The notes below the pieces were generated by a model. That model saw only the letters and a list, made by a program, of their open reading frames with translations. It had not been told where the DNA came from and made no database searches. A program made the position numbers and the translations under genes. This document shows positions 61,441-64,000 of a stretch of DNA of 64,000 bases, in pieces. The stretch spans positions 1 to 64,000 of the forward strand of contig CDMY01000243.1 in the NCBI GenBank assembly GCA_001179505.1, written 5' to 3'. The DNA comes from Vitrella brassicaformis CCMP3155 (lineage: Eukaryota; Protista; Chromerida). Numbering within the stretch: position 1 is the stretch's first letter; every line of letters starts with the position of its first letter.

Positions 61441-62170
61441 CTGTCGTGGATTGGATGGATGGACTAGTCCACTCGTGGGTGAGAAGGACATGCATACAAA
61501 GAGCGAAAGGAATGAACGGGGTCAACCCAACCACCATTAGAGCACACCATACCATGCCATACTGGTCCGCGTCCACATCCATCCATCGGTAGGGTGGGAT
61601 GGGGTGGGTGCCGACGGATACAGTACACGTACTGGATAAAGGCACGGTGCACTCACTCACCACACTACACCTTACCCCACCCCAGCGGTTCCACGGCTGT
61701 ACAAATACCCCCATCCATCCCCCTTGCACCACAAGCTCCTTACAAGCTCTTCCGGGCACATACCTGCCGACTGACTGTCTCCCGGACTCCCCACCCACTG
61801 CCTCCCTCCGGCCACCTGGCCTGGCGGATACCATACACACACAAAACAGCAGAAGACAAGGCAGCCAGCCAGAGAGGGGAAAAAGAGCCAAGCCAGGTGG
61901 TGGCTGGGTGGGGAAGGAGACACAGTGTGCCCGCCGCAGACCACTCAACAACTGTACGTACCTGATTGACTCTGCGTCCGCAGTGCACGCAGTGAGTGCA
62001 CTGCACGCCACCCACCCACTCACTCACCCACCCAATGGAGGCCAGCAAAACGAGACGAGACAGTCCCTCTGTCCCTCCCTCCCTCCTTCCGAGACACCCA
62101 CTGCACTAACTGCATCCTTTCCTTCCCCATACTCACACATGCACATGTGTGTATCATCTCTCCGGTCATG

Positions 62171-64000
62171 TCATGTCTTGTCCGCCCCACCCCTCTCCCC
62201 GCCCTCCCCCTGGCTCCCAACAGCAGCGTTGACCAACTGAAGGGCCGTTCCAGCCACTGCTAAGCGCATGGGAAGCAAGGGGACCGGCTGCTGTCTCGGC
62301 TGCTGTCTCGGCTGCTGCTCCTTCTCGGCCTTAATCTCGGTCAGCTGAGGCGATCTGCTGCGGTCGTCCGCCGATGGGGAAGGGTCGTCTCTGTCAGCAG
62401 CCTCGTCGCCGCTGTCCACATCTGGCAGGGACGAGGCGAGATGCAGCACATCGCCCAGATCCGGCGGGTGGTCGAGATGCAGCCCTGTGGCCCTGAAGGC
62501 TTGGTCGGCCCGGAGCCTGTCGACGCCCACCCGATAGCTCTCCAGGGCCCCTTTCAGCCGGGCGGTGGCCTCTTTGTACTGCCGCAGGTGCCGTCTCTTG
62601 ACCCTGAGCTCCTCCTCCAGAGGGCCGATCCGGTGCAGCGCCTCCCTCTTACGTCGCTGTGACTCCCGTGCACTGGCCCTGTTGCGCCTGATCCTCACGC
62701 ATGACCGGCAGTTGCACGAGGGGTCGTTGCCTTTGAGGGTGCAGCCGGTCTTGCTCGTGGTCGGATCCTCGGAAATGGGTTGCAGCGCGTCAGAGAGAAC
62801 CCTCGGATGCCTCTCTCGCATCGCCGTGGCCGTGTGGTTGACAATCGTGCTCGACCGTTTCCTGGGGCCAGGCGGCCGTGTCGGCTGGTCGGGCAGGCCT
62901 TCGTCCGCCAGCTCGCCCTTGGGTGCCACATCGGTGTCCATGGGCGTGGTGCCGGTGTCTGCCGACTTGTCTGCCTCCTGCATCCAGTGCCAGTCGGCGG
63001 GAGGGGGCTGGGGGAAGGGTGGGTGGGCGTATGGCAGGGGCACTGGGGCTGGGACATGGGAGTAGGAAAGGGGCGGCGCCGTCGCCAGGGGGGGCGGAAT
63101 GGCCGTGGCCGGGAAAGGGTCGCCTCTCTGCTGCAGGTACTGCATTATCGGCTGACAGCAACAAAGCAGCAACGACACACACATCACACATCCTCTCTGT
63201 CTGTCTGCCTGAAAGCTGCTGTCCGTTTGCTGCATACCTACCTACCTGGTAAGCGTCTGGCGGCAGCAGCCGCAACATGTTGATGACCTCCTGCGAGCTA
63301 TACCCCTGCAGCTGCCTGTGGAGGTCCTCCATCGACGGCGGAGACTCAAACAAGCAGGGCGGCCCCACACCCGCCGGTGGCAGGGGGTCCTCCTGCGGCA
63401 CAAACATCGCAAATTCCTGCCGCACGGCATCCCGGATGAGCGGCAGCAGCCCGAAGGCGTCCTTGAGGGCCGGCACACTATCCATGAGCTCGTGGAAGGC
63501 CATGACGCCGGGGCAGTAGAAGGTCCCATCCTGGGAGAACAGACTCTTGATGTCAGGGGTGGGGTCAGGGGTGGGCTGCCGCCCCAGCGACTCCAGCCTG
63601 TGGAACAGGAGGTTTAGCCGGGGCACCAGATCCACGCCGCTGAGGCCCTCCGCGCCGCCGCCATAGAAGCGATAGAGCAGGTTGGTCCTCTCCAGGGGCG
63701 GGGGCGGTGTTGAGGTGAGCTGCAGGAGCACGCACAGGTTGCGCAGGAAGCATCTGGGGGTGAGGTGGCCGGTGGCCGAGCCGTGGATGAGCGCTTGCAG
63801 GAAAAGATCTGCCGTGAGCTGGGAGAAGAGGGGGTGGGAAGATGGGGCAGACGGAGATGGGCCTGCAGTGTCGGTATCGTCGGCCTCAGACGGGTCCAGC
63901 CTGCACACACACACACACACACACACGTGTGCACACATGCCAGACAAGAGATGGAGAGAGTTCCCGTGAAGGCTCCCTCGTCACCTTTGGTTGAGTGCCA
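62171..64000 (-). CDS. bZIP-like protein with CNCRSC motif and upstream degenerate EF-hand-like domain; 5' end lies beyond the window
   Basis: Basic region VRIRRNRASARESQRRKRE is followed by a coiled coil. The upstream exon (to ~63900) joins in phase 0 (DAYQ|PIMQY). Confidence 0.7.

Noticed and set aside
1-64000. CRISPR arrays, rRNA, tRNA genes or operons
   Set aside because: No repeat-spacer arrays, cloverleafs or rRNA signatures seen; the sequence is intron-rich eukaryotic DNA.

Overview
Gene-dense, GC-rich eukaryotic DNA with many short spliceosomal introns full of (CA)n, (TG)n, (CAGA)n, (TCTG)n and (GATG)n microsatellites. The style and gene content suggest a chromerid alveolate such as Vitrella (inference, not verified). 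About 18-20 intron-containing genes can be assembled by eye: a YTH m6A reader, gamma-glutamyl hydrolase, an ankyrin protein, DPH6 with Rid domains, a bacterial-type YHS protein, a large Pro-rich orphan, two tandem multi-pass membrane paralogs, a secreted GH10 hydrolase, an SSSCA1-like protein, trehalose-6-phosphate synthase, mannitol dehydrogenase, a P/U-type cyclin, a SAM methyltransferase, a membrane protein, a dienelactone hydrolase and a partial bZIP factor. There is also a LINE 3' remnant and two assembly gaps. Best leads: (1) TPS continues in frame into a ~1,900-aa Pro/Gln/His-rich tail and lies one gene from mannitol dehydrogenase. (2) A ~95%-conserved intron with a 10-nt frameshifting micro-exon is shared by two otherwise diverged paralogs, one of which has an in-frame TGA. 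(3) A structured ~165-bp element lies downstream of both genes of a divergent pair. (4) Introns tend to have CA-rich 5' halves and TG-rich 3' halves that could base-pair. (5) A bZIP with a CxCxxC motif is fused to an EF-hand-like domain. (6) The GH10 has a rewired -2 subsite. All gene models, alignments and folds were done by hand; outer coordinates are approximate where stated.
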